Shown: positions 37,495-47,098, numbered from the stretch's first letter. The stretch: DNA of 64,000 nucleotides from Candidatus Zixiibacteriota bacterium (GCA_022865345.1 JALHSU010000194.1:9249-73248), one strand, 5' to 3'. Notes: generated by a model from the sequence alone, not told the origin. Program-made: numbers and translations.

Positions 37495-38628
37495 TCAAGG
37501 GACCAGCTTCTGAATTATCGAATCTGATACTAAAATCCCTTTCCGGCTAAGTCTTAGCCTTTCTTTTTCCTTTTTAAGAAATTTTTTCTTTATTAACTCT
37601 CCGACCTCCTCTTTTTTGAACTTTTCCAGATCAAAATTCAAATCCTCCTTCAGTTTTTTTAAGTCTATCCCCTCAGTCATTCTCATGCCCAAAAGGATAA
37701 ACTCGTTTATTTTTTGACTCTCGGTGAGCCTTTCTCTAAAATCAATAAGCAAAGAATTTTTCTCAGACAGCTCTACGTACTCTTTAATGCCTCTTATATT
37801 CCCCCATCTTACCCCCTGGAAATAAGAATGAGCGCCTGCTCCAAATCCTATATATTCCTTCCCCTGCCAGTACCTTAAGTTATGCTGACATTCAAACCCT
37901 TTGCGGGCAAAATTGGAAAGCTCATATTGTCTGTACCCCTGAGCTTTAAGCAGGTTTATACCCTCAAGGTACATTTTCCTTACCTCTTCCTCATCAGGTG
38001 GATCCAATTTCCTTTGCTTCCATAGATGATAGAAGGGCGTGCTCTCCTCGATGGTAAGACTATAGATCGATAGATGCTCTGGCTTGAGCTTTAAAGCCAT
38101 ATTTAGATTTCCTCTCCAGGTCTTTAGACTTTGTCCCGGAATCCCAAAGATCAAATCCAGGCTTAGATTATTAAAATACTTTCTGAGTATCTTATATGAT
38201 TTGATTGCCTGTTCGCTATTGTGAGCTCTTCCTAAGATTTTTAACTCTTTCTCTCTGAAAGACTGGACCCCTAAGCTCGCCCGATTGAAACCTGAATCCT
38301 TAAGCTTTTTTACTTTCTCCTTTATTAGAGTTCCCGGATTTGCCTCTAAGCTTATCTCCGCATCCGGTTTGACCTTAAAGGAGCTGAAAACCTTTTCTAA
38401 GATTTCGCCAAGTTGAGAAGTTTTTAAAATCGATGGAGTCCCACCTCCAAAATAGATAGTCTCAACAAACATCCTTTCTGGTTGACTGTTAGAAAAGGCC
38501 TGAATCTCTTTTAAAAGGGATTTGACATATTCTTCAGCTAAATCGGAGTCTATAACTTTAGAATTGAAATCGCAATATGGGCATTTGGAAAGACAAAAAG
38601 GTATGTGGATATATATGCCAAGAGACAT
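37495..38628 (-). CDS. hemW: radical SAM family heme chaperone HemW / oxygen-independent coproporphyrinogen-III oxidase-like
   Basis: CxxxCxxC radical-SAM motif in IHIPFCLSKCPYCDFNS, plus the HemN C-terminal domain. Confidence 0.85.
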   Translation of the reverse strand: MSLGIYIHIPFCLSKCPYCDFNSKVIDSDLAEEYVKSLLKEIQAFSNSQPERMFVETIYFGGGTPSILKTSQLGEILEKVFSSFKVKPDAEISLEANPGTLIKEKVKKLKDSGFNRASLGVQSFREKELKILGRAHNSEQAIKSYKILRKYFNNLSLDLIFGIPGQSLKTWRGNLNMALKLKPEHLSIYSLTIEESTPFYHLWKQRKLDPPDEEEVRKMYLEGINLLKAQGYRQYELSNFARKGFECQHNLRYWQGKEYIGFGAGAHSYFQGVRWGNIRGIKEYVELSEKNSLLIDFRERLTESQKINEFILLGMRMTEGIDLKKLKEDLNFDLEKFKKEEVGELIKKKFLKKEKERLRLSRKGILVSDSIIQKLVP

Positions 38629-38694
38629 ATATTTATATTACTAATAAACTTGAAAGAAATAAAGGGGTTTATTTTGCTATTGTGGGGAGAGAGC

Positions 38695-38744
38695 GTAGGG
38701 GCGTTCAATCCTGCGGATCCGTTTCCCGGATTGAACGCCCCTAC
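38695..38744. repeat. perfect 17-bp inverted repeat gtaggggcgttcaatcc ... ggattgaacgcccctac (cruciform/hairpin)
   Basis: Read directly. The loop is 16 nt. Confidence 0.6.
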
Positions 38745-38790
38745 AAAAATTCAGACACTATATAGTTAGTAGCCGCCCTACGGGCGTTTT

Positions 38791-38878
38791 AAACTCATCC
38801 CCTTACCCCTTCTCTTAACAAGAGAAGGGGAACATTAGTCCCTCTCTTTTTTTAAGAGAGGGATTCAGGGTGAGCTCG
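38791..38878. repeat. Correia-like element P, copy 2 (aaactcatcccc ... agggtgagctcg)
   Basis: Hairpin A is ccccttctctt-aac-aagagaagggg (11-bp stem) and hairpin B is ccctctctt-ttttt-aagagaggg (9-bp stem). The TIRs carry 1-2 mismatches. It lies upstream of hemW. Confidence 0.7.
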
Positions 38879-38928
38879 GACTGTTAAATGGTTTACAGTC
38901 AATCGCCTTAAGGTATTCGACGCAATAA

Positions 38929-39471
38929 CTACTTCTTTGTCCCTTTCGCTTTTTCTTCTTTCATCTTGGCTAACAAATCCTCAGATGATTGACCAACCGT
39001 GGCGATCGACCCCATTAGCTGGACGATATGCCATTGGTTATCTTCTTTTATCATCGTCATAGAAAGCCGTAGAAGGGCGCGCATCATTTGTTCTGCGATC
39101 ACCAGGTCATACGGGACTTCGAAAAGTGCCGAAGCTAACTTACCATCCGGACTGATTTGCATCGAAAGATATCTCAGCTCGTCGAATTTCTCCAGTTTCA
39201 GCAATTCCCAATCAACTTCAAAATGCGATTTCAATCCATCTAAATTTTTAAACACCTCGGCTGAATCTGTGCCTAACACCAAAAGCTCTGAAGATTTAGA
39301 AAACAAATTGAGAATACCCTCTGTATCCTTGGCTTGTATTGATTTGCTATAGCTAATCGCCACCTCCTCAACCGCCTTTTTCTCTTTAGCGATTTCCTCC
39401 GGTGTCATCTTTTGGGGACCGCAGCCAGCAACTAAAGCCACTATCAAGAGCAATGGAATAATACGGGACAC
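38929..39471 (-). CDS. hypothetical lipoprotein
   Basis: Signal peptide plus lipobox LVAGCG. 180 aa. Its family is not recognised. Confidence 0.5.
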   Translation of the reverse strand: MSRIIPLLLIVALVAGCGPQKMTPEEIAKEKKAVEEVAISYSKSIQAKDTEGILNLFSKSSELLVLGTDSAEVFKNLDGLKSHFEVDWELLKLEKFDELRYLSMQISPDGKLASALFEVPYDLVIAEQMMRALLRLSMTMIKEDNQWHIVQLMGSIATVGQSSEDLLAKMKEEKAKGTKK

Positions 39472-39540
39472 AAAACCTCCTTTTAAAAAGTTATGATTAG
39501 ATATTATTTTTTATCATCCGTTTCTTTTTACCGTCGTTCT

Positions 39541-39651
39541 CGAACTCATCCCCTGGCCCCTTCTCCCCGCCTTTGGCGGGATCTTCGACTTACAAAGAGA
39601 AGGGGGACACAAGTCCCTCTCTTTACAAGAGAGGGATTTAGGGTGAGTTCA
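39541..39651. repeat. Correia-like element P, copy 3
   Basis: TIRs cgaactcatcccc ... agggtgagttc. Hairpin B is ccctctctt-tac-aagagaggg. The cccgcc-tttg-gcggg hairpin sits at a different position from copy 1. It lies in the 5' leader of the lipoprotein gene. Confidence 0.7.
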
Positions 39652-39711
39652 GACTGTGATATGGTTTTCCCCAGCCTACCTTTTTGACTGATAGAGCCTT
39701 GACTTTGCCTT

Positions 39712-39741
39712 TAATAAATTGAGAAATTCTTTGTTTGTCAA
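39712..39741 (-). promoter_or_regulatory. sigma70-like promoter inside repeat module Q3 (TTGACA-N18-TTATTA), reading toward the lipoprotein gene 38929..39471
   Basis: Minus strand: -35 at 39741..39736 and -10 at 39717..39712, positionally equivalent to the promoter in Q1. Confidence 0.5.
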
Positions 39742-39751
39742 CAGGGAAAAT

Positions 39752-39784
39752 AACAAAAAAAAGGGCGAGGAAACCTCGCCCCTA
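39752..39784 (-). terminator. rho-independent terminator of lepB
   Basis: Minus strand: gtaggggcgaggtttcctcgccc followed by TTTTTTTT, about 25 nt after the lepB stop. Confidence 0.7.
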
Positions 39785-39806
39785 CCTGTATGCTGTCTAC
39801 TGTTTG

Positions 39807-40469
39807 CTATTTCACTATTGTCCCTATCCTATCTAGACGCAGTCTATCACCAAGATGTCCTAAATTGTAAAAGATTATCTCCAGAAGAGGGGTGATGTAT
39901 GGGCTTCTGAATTTGGGAGCGTGCGGGTCTTCTGTCCAGGACCAGTACACGATCATCGCTTTGCCTTTGATGAAACTCCGGTCCAAAAAACCCCATTCCC
40001 TGGAATCCTGGCTATTGTCCCGGTTATCCCCTAAGACGAAAAGGTGACCTGCTGGAACTTGAACCGGCCCAAAGTTATCCCTGGTAGAATAATCCTCAGG
40101 CAGGATCCGAGAATCTGAATGTTTTGCCAAAAATGGGTCTGGAATCATTTTCCCGTCCACATAGACAATCTTACTCCTGATCTCCACAGTCTGCCCTTCC
40201 AGGGCAACTACCCTTTTCACCATATCCTTGCTGGGATTCAGGGGGTATTTAAACACAATGACCTCGCCCGGCTTGGGCTCTTTGTAGCGATAATGAAGCT
40301 TATTGACCAGAACAAAATCCCCGGAAAGTAAGGAATCTTCCATTGAGGAAGAAGGAAGCTTGTATGCCTGGACTACAAAAGTTCTCAAAAGGAAAGCAAT
40401 CAAAAGGGATAGGAACAATACTTCTACAAAACCTATAATTGAAGGTTTCTGCTCTTTTCTTTTCATCAT
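39807..40469 (-). CDS. lepB: signal peptidase I
   Basis: N-terminal TM. The catalytic Ser motif is in the SSSMEDSLLSGDFVLVNK block; the catalytic Lys lies in MVKRVVALEGQTV, with the adjacent GDNRDNSQDSR box. Confidence 0.88.
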   Translation of the reverse strand: MMKRKEQKPSIIGFVEVLFLSLLIAFLLRTFVVQAYKLPSSSMEDSLLSGDFVLVNKLHYRYKEPKPGEVIVFKYPLNPSKDMVKRVVALEGQTVEIRSKIVYVDGKMIPDPFLAKHSDSRILPEDYSTRDNFGPVQVPAGHLFVLGDNRDNSQDSREWGFLDRSFIKGKAMIVYWSWTEDPHAPKFRSPYITPLLEIIFYNLGHLGDRLRLDRIGTIVK

Positions 40470-40594
40470 GGTATCTTATCCTCGCGGAAAATACTTGTAT
40501 TTCACCAAGTAGTTTATCGGTAAAGAAACACAAAAGTTTAAGGGTAAGAGCCCGCGTAGGAACGAAGTTTAAAATGGATAAGGGGGTAAAAGAA

Positions 40595-40745
40595 TGTAGT
40601 CGCTCGATTTATCGAGCCAAGAACCCGTAGGGCATCCTGCTAAAAGCGGGACAACTTTGAGGATGACATGTACAAACCTGAAGGTCCAAGATGGATCTTG
40701 AGATTTGCCCTACGAAAAAACCAGCCCAATAAATTGGGCAACTAC
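40595..40745. repeat. TIR-family T element, copy 2 (tgtagtcgc ... gcaactaca, enclosing ~130 bp)
   Basis: The 9-bp terminal IR has one mismatch. Inner hairpins are gctcgat-tt-atcgagc and cccaat-aa-attggg. Confidence 0.6.
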
Positions 40746-40761
40746 AATTCATCTGGAGGGT

Positions 40762-42561
40762 TTATCTTTCCACCTGCAGAATAGCCAAGAAAGCCTCCTG
40801 GGGGATTTCAACAGAGCCTATCTGTTTCATCCGCTTTTTACCCTCTTTTTGTCTTTCAAGGAGCTTCCTTTTTCTGGTTATGTCTCCGCCATAGCATTTG
40901 GCAGTCACATTTTTTCTTAACGGGCTGACTGTTTCTCTGGAGATTACTTTGGAACCTATTGCTGCCTGGATTGCCACTTCGAAAAGCTGTCTAGGTATCA
41001 GCTCTCTTAATTTCTGGCACAGGTTTCTCCCCCAGAAATAGGCTTTCTCTCTATGCACGATAGCAGATAGAGCATCTACTGGATCCCCGTTGATCAGTAT
41101 GCTTAACTTCACCAGATCCGATTCCCTGAAATCTTCCAGCTCGTAATCCAGGGAGGCATACCCGCGGGTAATAGACTTCAGCTTATCGTAGAAATCGAAA
41201 ATTATCTCTGAAAGGGGCAAATCGAAATGCAGGGATACTCTGGTCTTGTCCACGTATTCTGTGGTTTTATAAACGCCCCTTCTTTCCATAACCAGCTTCA
41301 TAATATTCCCTATATATTCAGAAGGAGAGATTATCTGGACCAAGACGAACGGCTCCTCGATTTTCTCGACTTTATCCGTTGGTGGCAAAAGGGCAGGATT
41401 TTCGACATAGACGATCTTACCATCTTTCAAAGTCACCCGATATTCCACGTTGGGAACTGTGGCAATTATTGGCTGCCCATATTCTCTTCTCAACCTTTCC
41501 TGAACAATCTCCAGATGAAGAAGCCCTAAAAAACCGCACCTGAACCCGAATCCTAAGGCATTAGAGCTTTCCGGCTCAAAGGTTAAGGAAGCATCGTTCA
41601 TCTTCAGCTTATCCATCGCATCTCTTAACTCCGCATAATTCTCAGAATCTGCCGGATAGAACCCGGAGAAGACCATAGATTTTATATCCTTAAAACCGGG
41701 AAGCGGCTCAGTTGCCGGATTATTAACCGAAGTTATGGTATCCCCTACTTTGGTGTCGGTGACATTTTTGACATTAGCTATTACATAACCGACCTCTCCG
41801 ACCGAAAGGCTTTTCGTGGGGACTAATTTCAGTCTGAGATACCCCACCTCATCCACATCATACTCTTTCTGGTTCGAAAAGAATTTTATCCGGTCTCCTT
41901 TTTTTAAGGAGCCGTCTTTTATCCTGATATAGGGAATAGCGCCCCTATACTGGTCAAAAACCGAGTCGAAGATCAGTCCTTTTAATGGATTTTTATCCGC
42001 TCCTGAAGGGGGCGGAATCTTGATGATTATCGTCTCCAAAATCTTTTCTATCCCAATCCCCTGCTTGGCTGAGGCCAAGATTATCTCCTGTTCCTCTACT
42101 CCTAAAAGCTCTTTAAGCTGGTTTTTGACTAAATCGATCTGCGCACCTGGCAGGTCAATTTTGTTAATTATCGGGATGATGGCAAGGTTGTTCCCCTGGG
42201 CTAAAAACAGGTTAGAGATGGTCTGGGCTTCAACCCCCTGGGAGGCATCCACCACCAAAAGGGCACCTTCACATGCGGCTAAAGACCTGGACACTTCGTA
42301 GGTAAAATCAACATGTCCGGGCGTATCGATCAGGTTCAGGATATACTCGTTTCCTTCCTCGTTCTTATAGTCCATCCTGATGGCATGAGCTTTAATGGTT
42401 ATCCCTCTCTCCCTTTCCAGGTCCATATTGTCCAGAACCTGCTCTCTCATTTCTCTTGGAGGTAAAGTATGGGTAAACTCCAATAGCCTGTCAGCCAGAG
42501 TGGATTTGCCGTGGTCGATATGGGCAATGATGGAGAAATTTCTTATATATCTCTGATCCAT
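40762..42561 (-). CDS. lepA: elongation factor 4 (LepA)
   Basis: [24 protein letters not shown]1 motif, DTPGHVDF, the NKID G4 motif, and the LepA-specific C-terminal domain. Confidence 0.95.
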   Translation of the reverse strand: MDQRYIRNFSIIAHIDHGKSTLADRLLEFTHTLPPREMREQVLDNMDLERERGITIKAHAIRMDYKNEEGNEYILNLIDTPGHVDFTYEVSRSLAACEGALLVVDASQGVEAQTISNLFLAQGNNLAIIPIINKIDLPGAQIDLVKNQLKELLGVEEQEIILASAKQGIGIEKILETIIIKIPPPSGADKNPLKGLIFDSVFDQYRGAIPYIRIKDGSLKKGDRIKFFSNQKEYDVDEVGYLRLKLVPTKSLSVGEVGYVIANVKNVTDTKVGDTITSVNNPATEPLPGFKDIKSMVFSGFYPADSENYAELRDAMDKLKMNDASLTFEPESSNALGFGFRCGFLGLLHLEIVQERLRREYGQPIIATVPNVEYRVTLKDGKIVYVENPALLPPTDKVEKIEEPFVLVQIISPSEYIGNIMKLVMERRGVYKTTEYVDKTRVSLHFDLPLSEIIFDFYDKLKSITRGYASLDYELEDFRESDLVKLSILINGDPVDALSAIVHREKAYFWGRNLCQKLRELIPRQLFEVAIQAAIGSKVISRETVSPLRKNVTAKCYGGDITRKRKLLERQKEGKKRMKQIGSVEIPQEAFLAILQVER

Positions 42562-42563
42562 AT

Positions 42564-43409
42564 TTAAACTTTCTTTCCCATCTTCAAAACAGTTATCATC
42601 TGGGTATGGATCTTACCATTTGTGGCTAAGATATTTTTCTGGTAGATGCTGAATCTTTTACCTGAGAAGTCAGTAACTTTTCCACCTGCCTCTTTGACCA
42701 TTAAACTTCCAGCCGCTGTGTCCCAGGGAGAAAGCTTCAGCTCCCAGAACCCGTCAAAGATTCCTTTTGCCAGATAACATAGGTCCAGAGCCGCAGCCCC
42801 AGCCCTTCTTATTGCTTGAGCACGCAGTGCAAAATTTTTGAAATGGTCCAGATTATTAATCTGGCTTTCTCTTATATCGTAAGGAAACCCGGTTGCTAAA
42901 AGACTCTTAGAAAGGTCCCTTTGGGCTGAGATTTGGATTCTCTTTCCATTCAAAAAGACACCTTTATTCTTCTCAGCCACAAACAGCTCATCCAGAACCG
43001 GATTATAAACCACTCCCAAAATTATTTCTCCCTCTTTTTCTAAGGCAATCGAGATACAATATACGGGAAACCCATGAGCGTAATTGGTCGTGCCATCCAG
43101 AGGGTCGATTATCCACTTATAATCTGATTCTTTTTCGTATCCTTTGCTCTCTTCAGTCAGGATATTATGTTCAGGAAAATTTTTTCGGATGATTTCAATA
43201 ATAGTGTCCTCAGAGAGCCGGTCCGCCCCTGTAACCAGATTCACCACCCCTTTATACCCAACCCTTTTAACCCTGCCTCTGCACTTCTGAACGATCTCCC
43301 CACCTTTAAGAGCCGCCTGGATTGCTACTTTTCTGAATTGGCTTACGTGTTTCACCTTTACTCCTTCTCCTGTGGGAGCTAATATAATTTTTGGGCAAGC
43401 TTTATGCAA
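42564..43409 (-). CDS. suhB: inositol monophosphatase family protein (SuhB-like)
   Basis: ...[17 protein letters not shown]... and ...WDTAAG... are IMPase-family motifs. Confidence 0.8.
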   Translation of the reverse strand: MHKACPKIILAPTGEGVKVKHVSQFRKVAIQAALKGGEIVQKCRGRVKRVGYKGVVNLVTGADRLSEDTIIEIIRKNFPEHNILTEESKGYEKESDYKWIIDPLDGTTNYAHGFPVYCISIALEKEGEIILGVVYNPVLDELFVAEKNKGVFLNGKRIQISAQRDLSKSLLATGFPYDIRESQINNLDHFKNFALRAQAIRRAGAAALDLCYLAKGIFDGFWELKLSPWDTAAGSLMVKEAGGKVTDFSGKRFSIYQKNILATNGKIHTQMITVLKMGKKV

Positions 43410-43437
43410 GGAAATGTAGGGGCGAACTTTGATGGTA

Positions 43438-43459
43438 GAACAGGCATTCCTGCCTGTTC
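43438..43459. repeat. hairpin family H, copy 1 (gaacagGCattccTGCctgttc)
   Basis: Homologous to 47728-47750 (aacagACattccTGTctgtt) with a compensatory double change in the stem. A third relative is at 63375-63395. Confidence 0.6.
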
Positions 43460-43479
43460 AATATAATATAAAAAGAAAA

Positions 43480-43506
43480 ATGGAAGGCTGAAGCCTTTCT
43501 CTACAA
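43480..43506. repeat. repeat family G, copy 2 (atggaaggctgaagcctttctctaca)
   Basis: Hairpin ggaaggc-tgaa-gcctt(t)c, followed by ctctaca. Confidence 0.5.
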
Positions 43507-43589
43507 TAGATTGTAGGAGCAATTCATGAATTGCCCCTACAGGATACTAAGAATTTTGGCTAATACTTATGTAAAGCTGAAACCTTTTC

Positions 43590-46500
43590 TCAGCAAGGTG
43601 GTGGTCCGCCTTTAAAAAGATAGTTAACTAAATACACTACATCGGAAACAGTTACTTTCCCATCGCAATTAGCGTCTCCGGACTGAATTGGAATAGGGGT
43701 TTGACCCCCTTTGAACAGATAATTTACCAGATAAACCGCATCCGATACAGTTACTTTGTGATCACCGTTAGCATCACCGCACGTGTACTCATATTGATAA
43801 TCATATTCATACACACCCATATCCACTCTGCAACCTCTTATTCTGGGTTTAAAGTCAAAATCAAAATCGGGTAAACCTGAAATATATTTGTCTCCTGCAT
43901 TAACGCAAGGGGAGTTTTCCTGCAAGTGGTAATCAGTGTCCGGATTGACAAACATAGGATTCCTGATAATGTTGTGATAACTGTCGCAAGGGATTCCATT
44001 GACATTAGTTCCCCAGGTGGTATCTCCAATTTCGGGAGGAGGATATCCCTCAGCATCAAAATTACCATCAGCATTGTTCCAAACATCATTATGTGAAATA
44101 CCATAGTAAGAAGAACAGTTCATGAAACTCATCCCGTGACCATCGTTGTTAACGATAATGTTGTTGCTAACATTATGAGTACAAACATTCCATATAAGCA
44201 TTCCATCAGATCCATTGTTTGAGATGGTGTTATTAACAATTCTAGGGCTACCGCCGCTTTCTATGCATATTCCACCACCACCGTCATCGCAACTATTTAG
44301 AATAATCAAGTTATTCACAATTAAGGGGCTTGATGTTCCCCTGCAAGACATACCACCTCCCAGTTCCCACATCCCTCCCGGCTCGCTAGGGATGTGATTG
44401 TTAATAATCAAATTGTTCATTATTGTAGGTGATGAAGAAAAGCAATAAATGCCTCCACCATGGCGTTGCCACCTTCCCAGATAAAAGTTAGTTCCTGTGC
44501 CGCCAGTGATGGTGAATCCTATTAAAATAGATATAGAATCCTCGCCTGAAACAAAAGTTACCACACTGCCTGAATCGGGATTAATAGGTTCACTTCCATC
44601 AATTATAGTTGCTTCAATAGTGGCAGAGTTATGGTCATAGATAAAATGGCTTGCTACAGTTATAGCTTTGCCCCGGAAATTTATATTCTCATAATAAGTT
44701 CCAGGCGCAACCAAAACCGTATCTCCATTCGAAGCAGAATCAATACCTTCTTGAATTGTTTGAAAATCAACCGGAATCCGGATAACATGCGGGCTAGGGG
44801 TAAATGGCTCCAACCGGAAAAGCTTCCCTTCACCAGGACCCAGATAGACTGTAAACATGTCACCTATTCCATTTACCATACCAACTTTCGTGTTGAGGTA
44901 CATATCTCTGATATAGAATGGACCACCTGCTTTGCTTAAAAAGACATCGTAATTTGCTCCTTCGGTTGCCAAGCATTCACGGTTAACCAGCATAAAGTAG
45001 CTGGTATCGCCGGTTTGATTCTCAAAGAATCCGACCTGCACCCAATGGGGTTCATGCCCAGGTGACCTGATGCTGTCGAGGTAACTGCCACCGCAGCCAT
45101 GGAGGTCATTGTTGTTGTAGGAACTGTCTAAGCAGGCATCAATCCAGTCGAGGCTCCGCAGCGTTGTGCCGAGGGAATCAAGCCAGAAATTAATCTGGAC
45201 AACCTCAGTTAGCAAAGTCTCTGGTTGGCTCGAATAAGGATTTGGACCGGGGTAGGTCTCAATAGGCACCCAATCCTGCACATCTTCGTTCCACCATAGC
45301 AATCCACTTTGCCAAGCCGGATTTTGGGGGGTCCATTGTGGGTGACTTGAGTACCGAAAGTACTCCATTCCTTTGGCACCATAAGCCAAGGATAAGTAAA
45401 CGGTGGTCCTTAGCTCGCTGTTGTGCGAATATCTCCACCAATAGGGGTCCCTGAGAGTTTGGGCCACATACCACCATTCGATATTATGTTCGCGTGCGGC
45501 TTCAGCCGCTTGTCGGATGCGCCAGGTAAACAGATTTAGCAGGTACTGAAGAGATTCTGGAACAACCCAGGTAGCTATAGGGTAATCATCATAACATATT
45601 TCATGTGGTTGTACCTCATCCGCAAACTTTTTAGGATGATGCCAGGCTGCATCTCCTGTTGCTTGAATTCCCGGAACATAGTTGAGTGAATCAAGTAGAT
45701 GGCTTATCTCTCTGTTGGTTTTGTAATGCACATAGGCGGGTTCGTCACGCAAGTACCATCGAAATAAAGATGTTCCATGATATTGATTTTCCAACGTTGA
45801 TACTTGTGCAATAATCCTATCTTGATAGGTTGGACTGTGATTCATTAAGGTATCGTAAATGCAATCATAAACTTCGACATAATCTATGAAGAGATCAGTA
45901 TTCTTAAACCAGTGAACTCTGTAATCGACCGAATCATTTCCATAAGGGATTTGGTTGTGGAATGACAGTTCAAATATCCGGTATTGCCCCAGAGTGAAAT
46001 CCCCGTAGAGAAGTAGGGAATCCGCCACTACGCTATCTCTTACCGCGTTCATATAATGAACCTCAATACGTGCAACTGAGTCCAAAGGTTGAGCACCAGG
46101 TGTTACAGGAACCTTAAGGTTAAAGCGGGCATAGTATATTAGTTCATAATAACATCCCCACCAGCTATTTGAGCAGAGCATCTCTCTGCTATAATCAACG
46201 ATGCAACATGTGTCACGGATTCTGTCACAGTCGGGTTGTTCATGCCAGAGTCCCCACAATACCAACCCACCATTATGGGTTACGCTGTCCTTAGATTCGA
46301 ACCATGCGTATCCGTTGCCAGCGTCTGGGTCTTGCACCTGATTGCCATATCCGTTGTGATCCAAACGAGTACTGAGAAAGCGGATTTGATCTCCTGGATA
46401 AGGTTGATAGTAATCTCTGAGATTATGTCTGTCGGCTTCATACTTACTGTACAGTCCATTTCCCGGCTGCAAGTAGATGTAGTCTATCAAGTTAAGAGTA

Positions 46501-46697
46501 TCGACCGAAGCTGAATCATAATCTGCATAAGTAAATCCCCAGGGAAGGGAATGAGCGCAATTAAAACCGTGACTTTTTGTTTTATCGAAATAGGGATAAG
46601 ACCTAAAATCTGGTGTGTGGAGAGGACCGTAGACACCACGATGAAAATTCGGTTCAAAGGCCACTACTGAGGTAAAGAAGAAACCGAGAAAGAGCAA
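43590..46697 (-). CDS. large secreted protein: N-terminal glycoside-hydrolase-like region, parallel beta-helix (PbH1) repeats, C-terminal type-I dockerin pair
   Basis: C-terminus GDANGDHKVTVSDAVYLVNYLF ... GDANCDGKVTVSDVVYLVNYLF has the two Ca-binding dockerin repeats. There are N-N-x-I-x-N-N beta-helix turns. The track start is a TTG. A probable true start, ATG 46739 with SD AGGAG, is separated from this frame by an in-frame TGA at codon 8. Confidence 0.7.
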   Translation of the reverse strand: MLFLGFFFTSVVAFEPNFHRGVYGPLHTPDFRSYPYFDKTKSHGFNCAHSLPWGFTYADYDSASVDTLNLIDYIYLQPGNGLYSKYEADRHNLRDYYQPYPGDQIRFLSTRLDHNGYGNQVQDPDAGNGYAWFESKDSVTHNGGLVLWGLWHEQPDCDRIRDTCCIVDYSREMLCSNSWWGCYYELIYYARFNLKVPVTPGAQPLDSVARIEVHYMNAVRDSVVADSLLLYGDFTLGQYRIFELSFHNQIPYGNDSVDYRVHWFKNTDLFIDYVEVYDCIYDTLMNHSPTYQDRIIAQVSTLENQYHGTSLFRWYLRDEPAYVHYKTNREISHLLDSLNYVPGIQATGDAAWHHPKKFADEVQPHEICYDDYPIATWVVPESLQYLLNLFTWRIRQAAEAAREHNIEWWYVAQTLRDPYWWRYSHNSELRTTVYLSLAYGAKGMEYFRYSSHPQWTPQNPAWQSGLLWWNEDVQDWVPIETYPGPNPYSSQPETLLTEVVQINFWLDSLGTTLRSLDWIDACLDSSYNNNDLHGCGGSYLDSIRSPGHEPHWVQVGFFENQTGDTSYFMLVNRECLATEGANYDVFLSKAGGPFYIRDMYLNTKVGMVNGIGDMFTVYLGPGEGKLFRLEPFTPSPHVIRIPVDFQTIQEGIDSASNGDTVLVAPGTYYENINFRGKAITVASHFIYDHNSATIEATIIDGSEPINPDSGSVVTFVSGEDSISILIGFTITGGTGTNFYLGRWQRHGGGIYCFSSSPTIMNNLIINNHIPSEPGGMWELGGGMSCRGTSSPLIVNNLIILNSCDDGGGGICIESGGSPRIVNNTISNNGSDGMLIWNVCTHNVSNNIIVNNDGHGMSFMNCSSYYGISHNDVWNNADGNFDAEGYPPPEIGDTTWGTNVNGIPCDSYHNIIRNPMFVNPDTDYHLQENSPCVNAGDKYISGLPDFDFDFKPRIRGCRVDMGVYEYDYQYEYTCGDANGDHKVTVSDAVYLVNYLFKGGQTPIPIQSGDANCDGKVTVSDVVYLVNYLFKGGPPPC

Positions 46698-46983
46698 AAG
46701 AAACCAAAAGACAGCTCACGAAACCTTGAATGTGCTCATTTTAGCATCTCCTATTTTGACTTATATTTTCAGTAAAATAAATATTATACAAAAAGTCTTA
46801 TGACCTTTACAAGAGGTTAAACAATTCCTTGGCTATTTTTGCCTCCTTTAAAAGTTTAGGAGATAATAGCTAATCATCACTTTTTCAGCCTAAAGCTATT
46901 TCAATTTAGAATTTCAGAATGGTAAAAGTCAAGGAAAAATATTTGAAAAAAGCTAATGGCGGATGACGAAAAAAAAATAGTTT

Positions 46984-47098
46984 TGTCATTGCGAGGTAGG
47001 CACCAAAGTGGTACATACCGAGGAGTCCATCTGACCGACGAAGCAATTCTTAAAGGGTTAACAGATTGCTTCGCCTCCATATGGGACTCGCAATGACA
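46984..47098. repeat. MITE-like element bounded by a 12-bp perfect IR tgtcattgcgag / ctcgcaatgaca, with a nested IR gaagcaat...attgcttc
   Basis: Read directly. 115 bp. Confidence 0.6.

Larger units (their letters stand above)
39652..39812 (-). repeat. composite repeat module Q, copy 3 (promoter segment, lepB terminator hairpin gggcgaggaaacctcgccc, degenerate GTAGACAG repeats)
   Basis: Aligns with 30863-31180, apart from an extra ~130 bp block present only in copy 1. Confidence 0.7.

Noticed and set aside
46716-46718. TGA recoding (code 4 or code 25) as the explanation for the in-frame TGA in the dockerin protein signal peptide
   Set aside because: TGA is used as the genuine stop of ksgA (3645-3647) and uvrA (31219-31221), and the downstream sequences are non-coding repeats or terminators. 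The standard code 11 applies, so the TGA remains an unexplained stop.
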